64,000 nucleotides of DNA from Eledone cirrhosa (taxonomy: Eukaryota): positions 214,582,001 to 214,646,000 of the forward strand of contig OZ024743.1 of assembly GCA_964016885.1 (NCBI GenBank), given 5' to 3'. Below the pieces are notes generated by a model that worked only from the letters and a program-made list of their open reading frames with translations, was not told the origin of the DNA and made no database searches. Both the position numbers and the translations under genes were made by a program. Shown here in pieces: positions 1 through 13,356 of the stretch. Within the stretch, counting starts at the first letter, position 1. Each line of letters starts with the position of its first letter.

Positions 1-3000
1 AAATGTTTATAGAGGGATAAACGTCCTGTACAAAATAATGAAAATACCAAAAAAAGAGTTCAAATAAATTTGATTTATTTTATTAAGAAAGTATATTCCC
101 TATTATGAGGAATAGAACATCGTATGAATACTAGGGTTATATATATATACATATACACTCACATAGAGTGAATGTTACAGGTACTGAGTTAATAAAAATA
201 TTAAGGGTAAGTGTATGCATCTGTTTCAGACTTTTGATATGGGTATAAGAAGGAATGTACGATGCGTACACAGAATGAACATGCGTCAAATTATATGCTC
301 GATATATAAGGAGATAACGTGCTAGAGATATCTTACAATGAGTCTGCGGACAAATGAGCCTCGATGGTACAAAGTTGTTGTTTTTTGTGGGATGTCTGGT
401 GTCAGGAGTGTGATGATGATCAACAGGACACAACGTCGTTAGTAGCAACACGCTAGTTCAGTCTTGCAATTGATGTAGTCACAGTTTCCTGTAGTAAATG
501 CACATTCTAGTGGAAGCAAAGTAGGGAGTTGTAGTCGCCGATGTTGTATGGGGCTCCGCTGTCCAGAATGGTCAAATCACCCCTGAGGACGTCATTGCAT
601 TGGTCGCAAAGCCTCTATATAGAACGACAAAAATCGGTAGAGTTCACCATGTATCTTCATGATTATGGCTAGGCCTTAATGGCCCGTTAGTCCAGCAGCT
701 TATTTATATTTCACATCGCATTTAAGGCAGATGACAGGGCTTTGGGCGGAGCAGGATGGGAGGTTTGGTCGAATCCTGGTATTAGATGTTAGATAAAAAG
801 AAAGGTGGATCACATGAGATCTTTCAAAGTGGGATTTCAACATCTAAGCAACTGCCTCTCTAATGTTCCCCGACTTCAATGTTGCTATTAATGGAGAACC
901 GAATGGAATCATTCAAATAGTAGGACACATCTTAGTATCTTATATACCTGCGGCTCTCACGCTAAACATGATATACTTTAACTAATCCAGTCAAAGCGCA
1001 TGGCAGTGATGTTATTTTACTTCTACTGGGAATTTATTAATTGCTCTGAACTTTGCTTTTACCTTCATACGCTTTTCCCCTCCTCTTCATGACACTAACT
1101 TTCATTAATTCATGTATTCTCAAGCCATTGCTCTACAAACCTCTTACAATTAAAACCACTCATAGTGGACATTGATGATCTAGCTACGAATCCATGACAT
1201 TCCATGTCTCGTGGTAGTAACGTGAATCTCCGATATATTGCGTAACACAACTTCCTTTGCCCATGAATATTGAGGCATTTTTGTTTCAAGAGTTTCTTTG
1301 ATATTGTCGTTAACAGTCATAGACAACTCCACAAAAGGAATTACATTAACGTATATACGTAATATTTGCGTGTGCCTACAAAGCTGACAGAACATTATTA
1401 AACAAAATCTAGCCAGCAAAAGAAATTCGGCAATGTCACCATATTAGATTACAGTATAAATAGCAACATTGTTGGCTCCATATCCGCATTGCAAATGTTT
1501 ATTTGATGCTTAATTTTGTTTTATTCATAATACCCATCACTCTCTTACAATTTTATTCCTTTTACAATAAATTATTTGGGGACATAATCTATTGAGGACC
1601 TCAAATACGGTTCACAGAATATTGTTTCTTGGCCCTTATGAGAATAGGCATTTGTAATATTACTTTTAGAGACAATATTTCTTCCTAAGATATCGGATGG
1701 AAAGAAAAAAAAGTCAGTGAAATATCCGGCAATTAGGTCTTAGCCACCCAAATATATTGTACATTTCATTCATACAGATATAGATGCTTATATCCCTGGA
1801 TCCATAGCTTTGTGTTTTCATGCATATATCCGGTTGAATATACGAAATGCGTCCAGTCATATTATCATACACCTAAACATTTACAATGATATATTGTCAC
1901 TGGAGGATAATATAATTAAAAGTTCATGCATACCAATTAGTACTTTCGTTTGATTTCCTGTCAAGCTTGTTAAAGAGGACATTGTTCACCATTCTGTAAG
2001 CCAAGCCAAGTAGATGTCCATCGGCAAGTTTAGTGAATCAAATGCTTATTAATACTACCTTATATACCTTATATACGCAATGTAGTTAAATGTATAGTTT
2101 TCGAACATCTCACTTAGTCGAATACCACAATAATAGACTCCCATGTCATAATATTCTGAATGCTAATTTCATTTAAATAATTCCAACATATTTGCCGCTT
2201 ATATAATTTGATACGAATAATACAAGGAACCAAACAGAGAGTGAATATACTACTGATTCAATATTTTGATTATTAGAGAGTTAATATAAATTATATTTTG
2301 ATTATTAATATGTTAACAAACTAATTACACGGAAATTTAGATAACATCTAAATAGAGATCACATTCCTAGATACCTCGATCGTATCGCTATATTTTCGAT
2401 TAGGCAAAAATAGATTAACATATTAAGTACAAAGATAATAGAAAATGTTAACACACTTTTCGTTATCATCGTGTGTAATTGAAAGTAGAGGGCAATCTTG
2501 CAGATTCTGTATAATGCAATGTTTTAAATATTGAGATAATTATTAGACACAAACATTAAGGAAATACGAAATCTAAAATATGACACATTAAGAACGAATG
2601 CGGCGGTCTAGCTAAGATTCGTTGACTTGTTTCGTTTTCAACCTTATACGGTAGATAGATTTTACTTTATGTAATAAGATAATGTAGTGAGTCAAGATAT
2701 AATATCATATTTATTTCTATTATTTTTATTTCTTCTATAAACATTAAATGTAGAACATTTCTCCTCAAACCAAGAAGTATCTGCTTTTATGCCAAACAAA
2801 TAAAGTAACACCCATGCAGTTAATCATAAATAGAGATAGCCGACTACATGTTACACGACCTTATTTCATATATTTAATTTCTATATGCATACAAACACTT
2901 ACGTACAATATATATATATATATATATATTTAGGTTTGTTGGTTCACCACTGGATAGAACTAGCCATTCCGTATGGGCAATTTCGATGTAATATTATGCA

Positions 3001-3068
3001 GAGCACTCAACGTAATGCAACTCACCCGTCTTCATTTGTGTAGTTGGTGGTGCGAGTACGGAGTTTAT

Positions 3069-3495
3069 TATTATAAAGTAACAGGAGGATGGACTGGTAA
3101 AAATCCTTGAAAGGTTTATTATACTATGATCATTTCAATGACTGGGTTCAGTATGAATCCGGTGACACCATCACGTATTCAAAATATAACAAAGGAATAT
3201 AGCAGATAAAATCCATGGGGCTGAAAATCAGAGAGGACGACCGACTATTTAGCAGCTTCTACCTCAATATATTCTGAATAAACATTCGAGGGCGGCCGAC
3301 TGAGGTAGAAGCTGCTAAATAGTCGGTCGTCCTCTTGTCTCTGATTTTCAGCCCCATGGGTTTTATCTGTTATATTCCTTTTTCATATTTTGAATACCTG
3401 ATGATGTCACCAGATTCATACTGAACCCGGTCATTGAAATGATCATAGTATAATAAACGTCACAAGGATTGACACCAGCCCAGCCTCCTGTTATT

Positions 3496-3503
<8 letters not shown>
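3069..3503. mobile_element. Inverted pair (~200-bp arms) of a Penelope-type pseudo-LTR remnant abutting (TA)n
   Basis: 3069-3266 is the near reverse complement of 3301-3503, with a 34-nt spacer. Each arm carries a hammerhead fold followed by AATAAA. The right arm runs into (TA)n. Confidence 0.75.
3394..3451 (+). ncRNA. Type I hammerhead ribozyme (minimal, palindromic stem III)
   Basis: ATAC-CTGATGA-[stem II accagattca/tgaacccggt]-GAAA-TGATCA-TA-GTAT. Stem I is ATAC/GTAT; predicted cleavage is after AUA at 3447. The mirror copy at 3121-3178 (-) has a mutated core (GTGATGG). Confidence 0.75.
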
Positions 3504-3540
<37 letters not shown>

Positions 3541-4077
3541 ATACCCACTCTTCGAAACATAAACGGGAAAAAAATGATATATCCCACCCCCGACACATCT
3601 GCTACATGAAATCTTGGAATACAACCTGCAACATTAATTATAAAAGTAGTTATCATACCTCATCGTAACAATCAACTGTAAACGCCGGCAAAGTCTAAAC
3701 TCTTCAGCCACAAAAATAAAGTGGTTTCTGTATGTGTGTGTATGTATATGTGTTATATGTATGTGTGTGAGTGTGTGTGCGCGCACCCATGTGAGTGAAT
3801 GACAAATTATTTCACTCAATAGATCACACGAAAAGGCTACGGAAATATAATTACATGTGAATATGTTTTTTCTTTATGTATATGTATATGCTTGTGTGTA
3901 TATCCGTAATTTTGTATCCTATATTCACGCATACATACAATCATAAAACACACTCACAAATAAGTGTTTATAAAGCAGTTAGATGCGAATTAAAAAACAA
4001 CATAGCCAAACATCGCTCCATCTCTCTTAATTGTTGAAAATTATGAAACTATTTTGAATAAACCTTCACAAGGACTA

Positions 4078-4210
<133 letters not shown>

Positions 4211-5793
4211 ACAGGGAGAAATAAACGATTATTAGGATGAAAAATATATTTTTTTCCTTTTTTGTTTCTCTCTTTTTTCTGGGTTAGAAAATGATTAAAA
4301 CGGAATGTTTTACTTTGTGTGAAGTGTTAAGGTATTAGTTGTGCTACCTCTCCACATTTTATTATATATATATATATATATATATATAGTTGTTATATAG
4401 TAAGGTGCATTATTGGTTGTGTAAAATGGTCTAATAACTGTATGTTACCAAATTAAATTCTCCACGCTTTTGTATATCTCCAATTCCATTCGAGGGAACA
4501 GCTAGATGATGTAAAACGGAGTATAAGTATCAAAAGGAAAATCCGAAGGCAAGTGTCATTATTAAATGATTGGAATTTTACCTTGCCTTCAGATTTTCAT
4601 TTTGATATATATATATATATATAGTTAGGGAAGCAGAACATTGCTTATTGTGATCCAGTTCGTGGTTAAGAAAGCCAGTTTCATGGATGGTTTCAACGTA
4701 CGATTAGGGGTAACTCCACAGGTTTGTAAGAATTCCGTTCAATCTTGGAGTATAAAGTATAAAAGAGAAAACACACTATTTTGAAAATTTGGACGTGAAC
4801 AACAATTATAATTGAGTGGCTGCTATTTGCAGTAAAGCAATATAAGGTTGCACTTACCAATGAAACGGTCGTAAGTACCTGGATAAAATCCTTCTCTCAA
4901 TGCTTACCTGTGTTTTCTCTTTTATATATATATATGTGTGGTGTGGACAATATTTAGACGATTATTGTCTAGGAAAAAATAATATACTCACATAGGAATA
5001 ACGGCTTTTGTAAAATATGTATTTAATTTTATATATCCGTGATTGTACATAAGGATGCCTGCATCCCCAATTTTTCTTGATCAAGTTTCACTTTCTTATG
5101 CCGGCTACCAGCGTGATTTATAGAGCCTTAATGCAAATAAACTAAAATATATTTCTTTTATTTAATCCTTATCAAATATATATCCACTAAATGGCGACTG
5201 CAATTGCGATTCGATGTTTGTTATAGGAACTTTTGTCCGACGATACGTTCATTGGAAAGTAGATAACATCAGTCTCGAGGTAGGTCGGTATATTTACAAG
5301 TAGACAGGTTGATAATCAGCAAAATGGTAGATAGATAAATATAACTATCTTTCTCTGTATTTAAGCCTGTAGGTTGCGGAAGATAAACAGAGGGAAGACA
5401 GGAACACTTACAAAACGTGTTCCTGGTGTTGAGGGTCATTCTATCCACGGGGTGTAAAACAACCCTGCAGTAATGTTACCCCATATTGGGGATTTCAATT
5501 GTTATTTTATTATATATAGTTTATTGTTAATTATTAATGTTAAAGTTATATGATTTTTATGTAAAACCCCCGCCGTCACGTCTTGTAATGTCCCATTTTT
5601 GTACACCCCTGTGGCAAACAAAGAAATATATCTATCTACCAGAGAGAGGGAGGGGAAGAGAAAGAGGGGTAAGGAGAGAGAATGAGAGAAAGAGAAAGAG
5701 AGAAATAGGAATAGGTTGATTGAAAAAGAGGTAGAAATTAATACATATGGAGGTAGAAATTAATATATATGTGGGGTGGGATATACACACACA

Positions 5794-5837
<44 letters not shown>

Positions 5838-6496
5838 CGTAGTAACACATCAATATGTCGGTATGTAGGTAGTTAAATGGATAGACCGATACTTAGAGGC
5901 AGTAATATATCGACAGACTAATGATGTGTTGTTTTTGTTTTACCCGAATTTGATGTAGAAGTAGTTAGGTATAAACGGCTACTGTTCTCCTACTCACTCT
6001 GTGATAGAGAGAGAGAGACTGGAAGGAAAATATCAAATAACCATTTCAATAATTATACAGATACATATTTCAATATTAATTATTTCCTAATGGAGAAGCG
6101 AGAGAAAAATTTATTCTAACTCGTATCATTAAATTTTATTTGTGCTTCACACTATGTCTCAAATATACAATATTTGGATTCAATATTTATTTATAGTAAT
6201 ATAACGCTTTCTTTATTTCATTCTCCATATCAGTGTTTGTTTTAAACAATTGAGTATTATAAAAGGTAGGACAAATTACCATTGGAAACAGAAACACGTT
6301 GGACAGAGACGCCGTTACTTGAACCGCATATCTGCCATTCAAAAGACGTTTGCGAGAGACGTAACAGTAAAGAACATTGTCCAATTTTTCAACATCTACA
6401 TAGGATGCTTCAACGTTCTTTAGAAATAAATGCAAACCCATAGATATAAAAAGTTAATCCACTCGGAGAGAGGGAAAAATCAAAATATATATATAT

Positions 6497-7630
6497 TCTT
6501 TTACTCTTTTACCTGTTCCAGCCATCCGACTGAGGCCATGGTGGGGCACGGAGTTTGTTGCTGGTGTCCTTAGGTTTCCCTCGTGCCTTGCTGTCGGCTC
6601 ATCCGGGATCCTGGATAGCAAAGTGTCGAGATGTTTCTTGAAGACATCCACCTCAACACCATGTAGACCTCTCAGATACCTCGGCAGCTTGTTGAAGAGT
6701 TGATGGCTCTTGAATCCCAGGCTATTGCAATATCTGCTCCTTATTCTAGATGTGAAAGACGGGATCTTTGGCATCCCACAGCGACGTCCTGTTCGACGGT
6801 TGGTCCAGCTCTCAATGCCAGAATTTTGTGCTAGTCCCTCCAGGATTTTCCACATGTAGATCACAGCGTACCTCTCTCGTCTTCATTACACGGAGTAGAG
6901 GTTCAGTTCTTTTAGCCTCTCCCAGTAGCTTATCTCCTTCGTCGTGGCAATCCTCTTGGTGTAGCTTCGCTGGATTGCCTCAAGTTCCGTGGTTAGTTTG
7001 ACACTATGAGGTGACCACAACTGGGAGCAATAGTCCAGGCGCCTTAGGACAAATGTCCTCCATAGTGTCAACATGGTGTCTCAGTCTCTTGTCGGGAAAG
7101 TCCTCAAAATCCAGCCAGCGATTCGTCTGCATATTGTCGCCACTTTCATAATGTGTGAGGATAAAGACGCATCATCGCTCATGTCTATACCCAGATCTCG
7201 ATTCGATTTTGACACGGGGATATCGGTCCCTCCTGGTGCTGCGTAACTATGTTGTACTATATTTGTGTTTGCAGGTTTGTATTGTATGGCTTGGAATTTG
7301 CCAGCATTAAACTGCATGTTGTTTTCTTCCGCCCATTCGTATATGGCATTCAGATCTTGTTGTAAAAGGGCAGCGTCAGCCGGGTTTTTGATTGCCTGTG
7401 CTATCTTAGTGTCATCAGCATAGCTAGTGAGGGATGTTGTTGTATGTACTACAAAGGGAATGTCTGAGAGAGCCACCAAAAACAGTAGTGGTCCCAGGAC
7501 TGTCCCTTCGGGTACCCAACTTGTTATTGATGTTTCCTTTGAGAGGGCCCCGTCTGCTGCGACTGTCTGGCATCTGTCATTTAAGAGGTCATGCAGCCAC
7601 TCACCTACTTTTCCAGTTATGCCGAGTATC
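6497..7630 (-). mobile_element. 5'-truncated CR1/L2-group LINE (RT C-terminal half, frameshifted)
   Basis: ORFs 7081-7659, 6886-7074 and 6454-6864 give VPEGTVLGPLLF, YADDTK, RDLGI, RLDYCSQLWSP and SYWERLK. The 3' tail is the tandem 8-mer (GTAAAAGA)2. Confidence 0.85.
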
Positions 7631-7768
7631 GTCTTCCTGTTTTCCTTCGGTTGCAACATCTCTCGAAATATTTACTTCTGCGTTCACAGATTACATTTTT
7701 TTAGTTTCAGAAGATCGCGTTAATGTTGAAAGCAGCGATTATCTGTTTAAACTTTAATGTGTTCTTAT

Positions 7769-7851
<83 letters not shown>

Positions 7852-7911
7852 AAAAAAGAGAAATAGGACGAAGGTAAACAGTTACAAAAGAATTTAATCC
7901 ACGTATTAACA

Positions 7912-9352
7912 GCCCGTTCTAATGCAGTGTTGTAGTATTCAGCCTGATGATCGAATATTTGTTGGTTAGATGAGAGGCGGGATATTCTAAGTAATATACT
8001 ATGTGGCACGGACCTTATAATAGATAGTGGGTGGTTAGAGCCAGTGTGGATGTAGGTGAGGTTCTCATTGTTTTTGTGAAAGGGTGTGATAATTTGGGTG
8101 TTGAGGTTGAAGGTGGCATCTAGGAAGTTGACTACTTTGGTACTATATTCGTAGGTGATTTTAAGGCCAAGGCTATCTAGGGTTCTTCTAATGCTCTTAC
8201 GGGTTCGCTCTATGTTTTGTTTATTCATGTTTTTGACTAATAGGAGAGCGTCATCTCTATATATTCCGCCTTGAATGTAACTAAAGTTATTATGTAAGGT
8301 GTGGGCTACGTATATACCAACAATATCCGTAACTTGTGCTGAGTCATTAGCACCCATAGTTATGTCAAAGTTATCTATTCTATCCTTACGTACCCAAAAG
8401 TTATTTTCAAATTTAATTATCGTCTTTCTAGCTGCTAGGATAATGTTTATTTCGTCGTCGGTTAAGTCAGAGTTGGCTTTCGCAAATGCTAGTGCCTTGT
8501 TTAGAGTATCGGGTGATATGGAGGAGTAATAGTCATTAATGTCGAATTGTATAAAGTTAGAGGTATTTTTGTTATCTATACTATTAAACCATTTAATTGT
8601 GTCGCTAGTATTGTCCCAAAGTTTAATAACTAGTTTATTCCTTAATTGTATTATTATTCTATCTAAAATCTGCTTGCTAATTTTACCTATGTCTGACTTA
8701 GAAGGGCATATTAATCTAATTGTGGGTTTATCTAGGAAATCTAATTTGTGGTCCTTAAGATTAAAGGTGGGGGTGTAAGTTGTCATGGGCTCAGTTCTAT
8801 CTTCAAGTTTTAGACTTTTGACAATATGGTGTGCTTGTTTGTTGATGTTAAGTAGTGCTTTGTTATTGGTTTTCTTACATTTTTATGTAATTCCTTCCGT
8901 ATAAGGTCGTGGTAGGTATTAATGTCCATTGTGTACACGTTAGATGTTTTATCCGCTTTGACAATAATCCCGTTAGTGGTGCGCAGCTTGTTTAGAAAGG
9001 TATCCATGTCTTTATGAAGCTTGTTGGCTTTGAACTTCTTATATTTAGTATTCATGAGCATCTTAAGTAAGTCCTGTTCAAAGGCGTCCAGTAGAGGGTT
9101 AGTGAGTGGGTTTTTACAGGAGTTGAACCCATATGTATTCTTTACAGAGTTCGCGGTATAATCCTTACGCCCTTTGTGGAAGTGGAATGTTTTCCATCTG
9201 ACGCGGCGTATGAAATCGTTGGTGCGCTGGATCATACCAAGAGTGTAATCCTTCCTTTTGGGTAAAGGTATATTCTTTAGAGACATGCCGATGTAATGTT
9301 TTTCCATGTCCAAGGCGTAAGTTGAAGTGGTGGCTCGACCAGATAGGAGCAT
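7912..9352 (-). pseudogene. PLE reverse transcriptase (frameshifted near 8800-8880, 3' part deleted)
   Basis: SLKNIPLP..FIRRVRWK..YGF, KADKTSN, RLICPSKSDIGKISK, FDINDYYSSI, MGANDSAQVTD, IYRDD, FLDATFNL, YIHTGSNHP. Confidence 0.85.
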
Positions 9353-9716
9353 ACATTCAGTAATAAGGAGTATTCCAAAGCTTGGTAGAACAAGTTGTGA
9401 GGAAAGTTCTCAACATACGTTAAGGTGACTCGACAGGTTGGTAGGGATTCAGTAGTGGAAACACGAACAAACGAGGAGTGTAATCAAAAAAGAGAAATAG
9501 GACGAAGGTAAACAGTTACAAAATAATTTAATCCACGTATTAACAATTGTTTCATCAGAATTTCAGTCCATTATTGCTACACTATGTAATAATAGTCAAT
9601 CAAGAAAGATACTGTAGCATCCGAATTTTCAAAATACAAAGTTGGAATGACCTTAGGAAATGAAATAAGGGATAGTAGTGTAAGATAGAGGAACAGAGAG
9701 AGAGAGAGAGGGGCAA

Positions 9717-9766
<50 letters not shown>

Positions 9767-10012
9767 GGATGGAGGTAGGAAGAGAAAGAGATAGGGTGGT
9801 GTGAGAGGATCTGTATAGAATATAGTTCAGTTACAAGAAGGGAGGGGGAGAAGGGTTGTGTGCTAAAAGTTGTGATGAGTAGAGGGAGAGAGAAGGAAGA
9901 TATAATTTTAAGTGGCATTTGGTAGTGGACAGGCGAAAGTTTTATCAGAGAATAGGTGAAGGAAGAGAGTATTACATTTCATATATAGACTATTTTTAGG
10001 AGTGTAGAATTG

Positions 10013-10490
10013 TTATTTAGGGTAGAAAGAGAGGTAGTGTTCAGATTTAGTTGAAGGTTTGAAGTGTGAGAATTTCGCTTTCAGTTTATGGTGGCAAAAA
10101 ATTGACCTTTCAATTTTGTTGTTGAGTAGTTGGTGGCTTGAGCTTAGGATATGGAAGAGATCATTAGTACACAACGGGCACGTTTTCATTCCACTCCGGT
10201 ATGGAGGAGCATGTGAGAGTTTGGTCCATTTAAGGGTGTATTGTCGGTTATTCCCTTTTAAGTGCCAAATTTTGTCGGCGAGAGTCGTTACGTAACGGTG
10301 TTGGTGGTGCTTTATTGCGTAACGATGCGTGTACCAACGAGTTTTGAAGGTGTTTGCAGTGCTGCCTATGTAGTGCCAGGTTTGGTTGCCCGACTCAACC
10401 GAGCACCTGTACACTAGGTTTGAATGCAAACATTCGTTATTCAATGGACAAGTCTCTGGAAGGTGGCAATTACAATTTCTGTTATGGGCA

Positions 10491-10491
<1 letters not shown>
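10013..10491 (-). pseudogene. PLE GIY-YIG endonuclease domain of the upstream tandem unit
   Basis: CNCHLPETC (CxCx5C) precedes LVY..HYIGST..FKTRW..H, followed by CPLC and LNNK. Confidence 0.8.
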
Positions 10492-10553
<62 letters not shown>

Positions 10554-10852
10554 CTTTGTACTGCTTTTGGAGGAAGGAGTGACCAGCAGTACGTTGTTCG
10601 GTATTATTACGAAAAGTTGTAGCAGAGAATCCCGCGTGAACTAACAGCTCGGGAGAAAACTGCTTATCTCGAACATTCATTCGCCATCGTTCTTGTCAAC
10701 ATTCCGTTTACCTGGTATTTGTTGGTCTACAGTTAGATGAATGACACACAAAGGGTTAATGTTTATTGGCAAAACGTTTTTTGAATAATAAAAGACGGGT
10801 TAATATAATGTGTGTGGACATGTATGCATATATATATATGTGTGTATGTATG

Positions 10853-10962
<110 letters not shown>

Positions 10963-11750
10963 TATAAATATACACGGGTGTGCATGATTGTGTATAGAAG
11001 ATTATATTAATAAGAGGAATTCCAACTTTGTCTGATTTACTCGTTTTATTTACAATCCTTTAAAATTTATAATTGTATTATAATGAAATAGTATAATAGA
11101 ATATTAAATTCTAAGTGTTAATTGAACTAGTTCAATTAACACTTAAAAATTTGAATTATCAATTGATAATTCAAATTGATAGGACATAACGTAAAGATGT
11201 AACTATCATCACTCTCTCTAGATATAGCTCTTTCTTCTCCTCTCTCTTTATATATGATGAAGTTTATGTATCTGTCGTTTTGACTTTGCCTCTCATGTTT
11301 CTCTCTTACTTCTCGCTTGATATTCACCTCCCCCTATCTAATTATTATTATTATTTTTTCTCCCTCTTTCTTATCTTCCCACCTTCCTCTATCTCTCTCT
11401 GTTTTCTCTTCATCTCTATTTTCTCCTCCTCTCCGTCTCTTTTCTAACTGTGCTTAACACTATAACTAAATAATTACCGTATTCCCTACCTCTTAAATCT
11501 CTCAATTTGTATGATGAATTATTATTATTCATCTGTTGCCTTCGGTTGCCTCTCTTTTTTACCTCCTCCCTCGTTCTCACTCCCCTGTTTCTCTCCATCT
11601 CTCTATGTTTTTCTTTACATACATTTCTTCTTTTTCTCCGTCTTTCTTTGTAACTGTGCTTAACACTAAATATTTATAAACACTTCATACCTTAATGGTT
11701 GCTATATTCATGGTACGTCAAAATTATTTATAAAACTGGTTATATATTGT

Positions 11751-11812
11751 ATTTTATCTGACGAAGGCATGCCATATTTTTAATATGGTATCCCTGAAAT
11801 ATGTATAATGAA
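11751..11812 (+). ncRNA. Hammerhead-ribozyme fold at the 3' end of a pyrimidine-rich PLE-type remnant (~11000-11830)
   Basis: CTGACGA (11758) - stem II aggcatgccatat/atatggtatccct (12 of 13 pairs) - GAAA (11796) - TATG-TA. Stem I is imperfect. AATAAA and an inverted tail follow. Confidence 0.65.
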
Positions 11813-12244
11813 ATAAATATGGTTTTATAAATATAGTTTATGTGTGTGTGTGTGTGTATATACATATATTTTTATGTGTATATTTATATATGTGTATATA
11901 TGTGTGTGTATATGTATATATGTACTTATATATATGTATATATAAGTATATATGTATATATATGTGTTTGTGTGTGTGTGGATGTAACGAAGATAATACG
12001 TCAGCAATGACGTGTTCGTCAGAATGTCGTTATGCAGACAACTAGACATACAGGCAGATATTATAACGGCTCGACGGCGATCGATAACCGGCGCCTAACA
12101 CCCTTTTAGCAACAGTTAGTAGCTTTAGACCGCAAGGAATATATAAATGCAAGATTGAAGACAATCGGAGTAGAAATCTGGATTTGTATAGGCTTTGCAA
12201 AACTGAGGACACACACACAGACGACATCAGTTTTATATATTTAG

Positions 12245-12430
<186 letters not shown>

Positions 12431-13049
12431 TGTGTGTGTATGTGTATGTATGTGTATGAGTGTATATATGTATTTGATATACCTAAATATATGTTCGAGT
12501 AAATACCACGACCAATTATTCAGTTATCAATATTGTCAGGAAGTAAAAGCCACAAAGTTAGATATTTCCAACTTGTACATATTCCTTTTAACCAATACTG
12601 TAGAGAATGCTAATTAGTTTGTTTAAATGAGCTGCTTTCAACACGAGGTGCCATTTCTGTTAGAAAACCTATTTCGTTTCCTCGTCTTTTTCCCTACAGT
12701 CTTCTTTTTCCAATAGCAAAGCATAAAAGTATTATTATGTAGGTGGAGTGGATGAAAGAAATAATTTAACGAAGCCAGAACCAAAATACAACAATATTTA
12801 CCCCCGGGAAACACTCCATGGGGAATCGAAAACATAATTAATTTTAATTAGTATTTCTATTATAGAATTTTCTTCAAAATGAAAAAATATATATCTTCCA
12901 TTATATATATTTGCTCTTAAATTGTTGCCTAATGCACAGTTATATTCTTAATGAATGCTGTAATGTTAATATTAATGTTGTGATATAAGGTTATATATCT
13001 ATATACATGTATAATAATATTAATAATAATAATTATCAGTAATATTATT

Positions 13050-13265
13050 CGTATTCTTATTTCTACGTCAGGCTCAATGCCAGCAATTTGAAGGGGAGGA
13101 ATATCCGATTAAATCGACACCAGTGCGTGACTGATACTTTATTTTAGTGACCCGGTAAGGATGAAAGGCAAAGGTAACATCGACGGGATTTGAAATCAGA
13201 ACGTAAAGTGTCGTAAATCTATGCAGCGAATAATGGTGTCCGACGCTGTACCGATTCTGCCAATC
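13050..13265 (-). mobile_element. tRNA-derived SINE with GCCTTTCATCCTT..GGGTC..TAAA central domain
   Basis: Minus strand reads TTGGCAGAATCGG (A box) ... TTCAAATCC (B box) ... GCCTTTCATCCTTACCGGGTC ... TTGCTGGC tail. Homologous to 45853-46150 and 46398-46571. Confidence 0.8.
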
Positions 13266-13273
13266 CAAATGAT

Positions 13274-13274
13274 G

Positions 13275-13355
<81 letters not shown>

Positions 13356-13356
13356 T
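13274..13356 (+). repeat. (TAA)n microsatellite; left edge of the retrotransposon stack
   Basis: Read directly. Further remnants at 13455-13484, 18413-18431, 19649-19670, 20798-20850, 26722-26766, 27236-27287, 28250-28301, 33928-33945, 43346-43378 and 44107-44137. Confidence 0.95.

Larger units (their letters stand above)
7849..10491 (-). mobile_element. Penelope-like element, Hydra-clade-like, partial tandem inserted in (TA)n
   Basis: Flanked by (TA)n on both sides. A ~60-bp direct repeat (7850-7910 = 9487-9545) marks the pLTR tail. The RT ORF follows the GIY-YIG/pLTR of an upstream truncated unit. Confidence 0.85.

Noticed and set aside
7849-10491. GIY-YIG upstream of RT suggesting a permuted N-terminal-EN (Naiad/Chlamys) PLE
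   Set aside because: The GIY-YIG ORF ends in its own stop and is separated from the RT start by ~650 bp of pLTR whose tail is repeated at the 3' end. This is an ordinary partial tandem.
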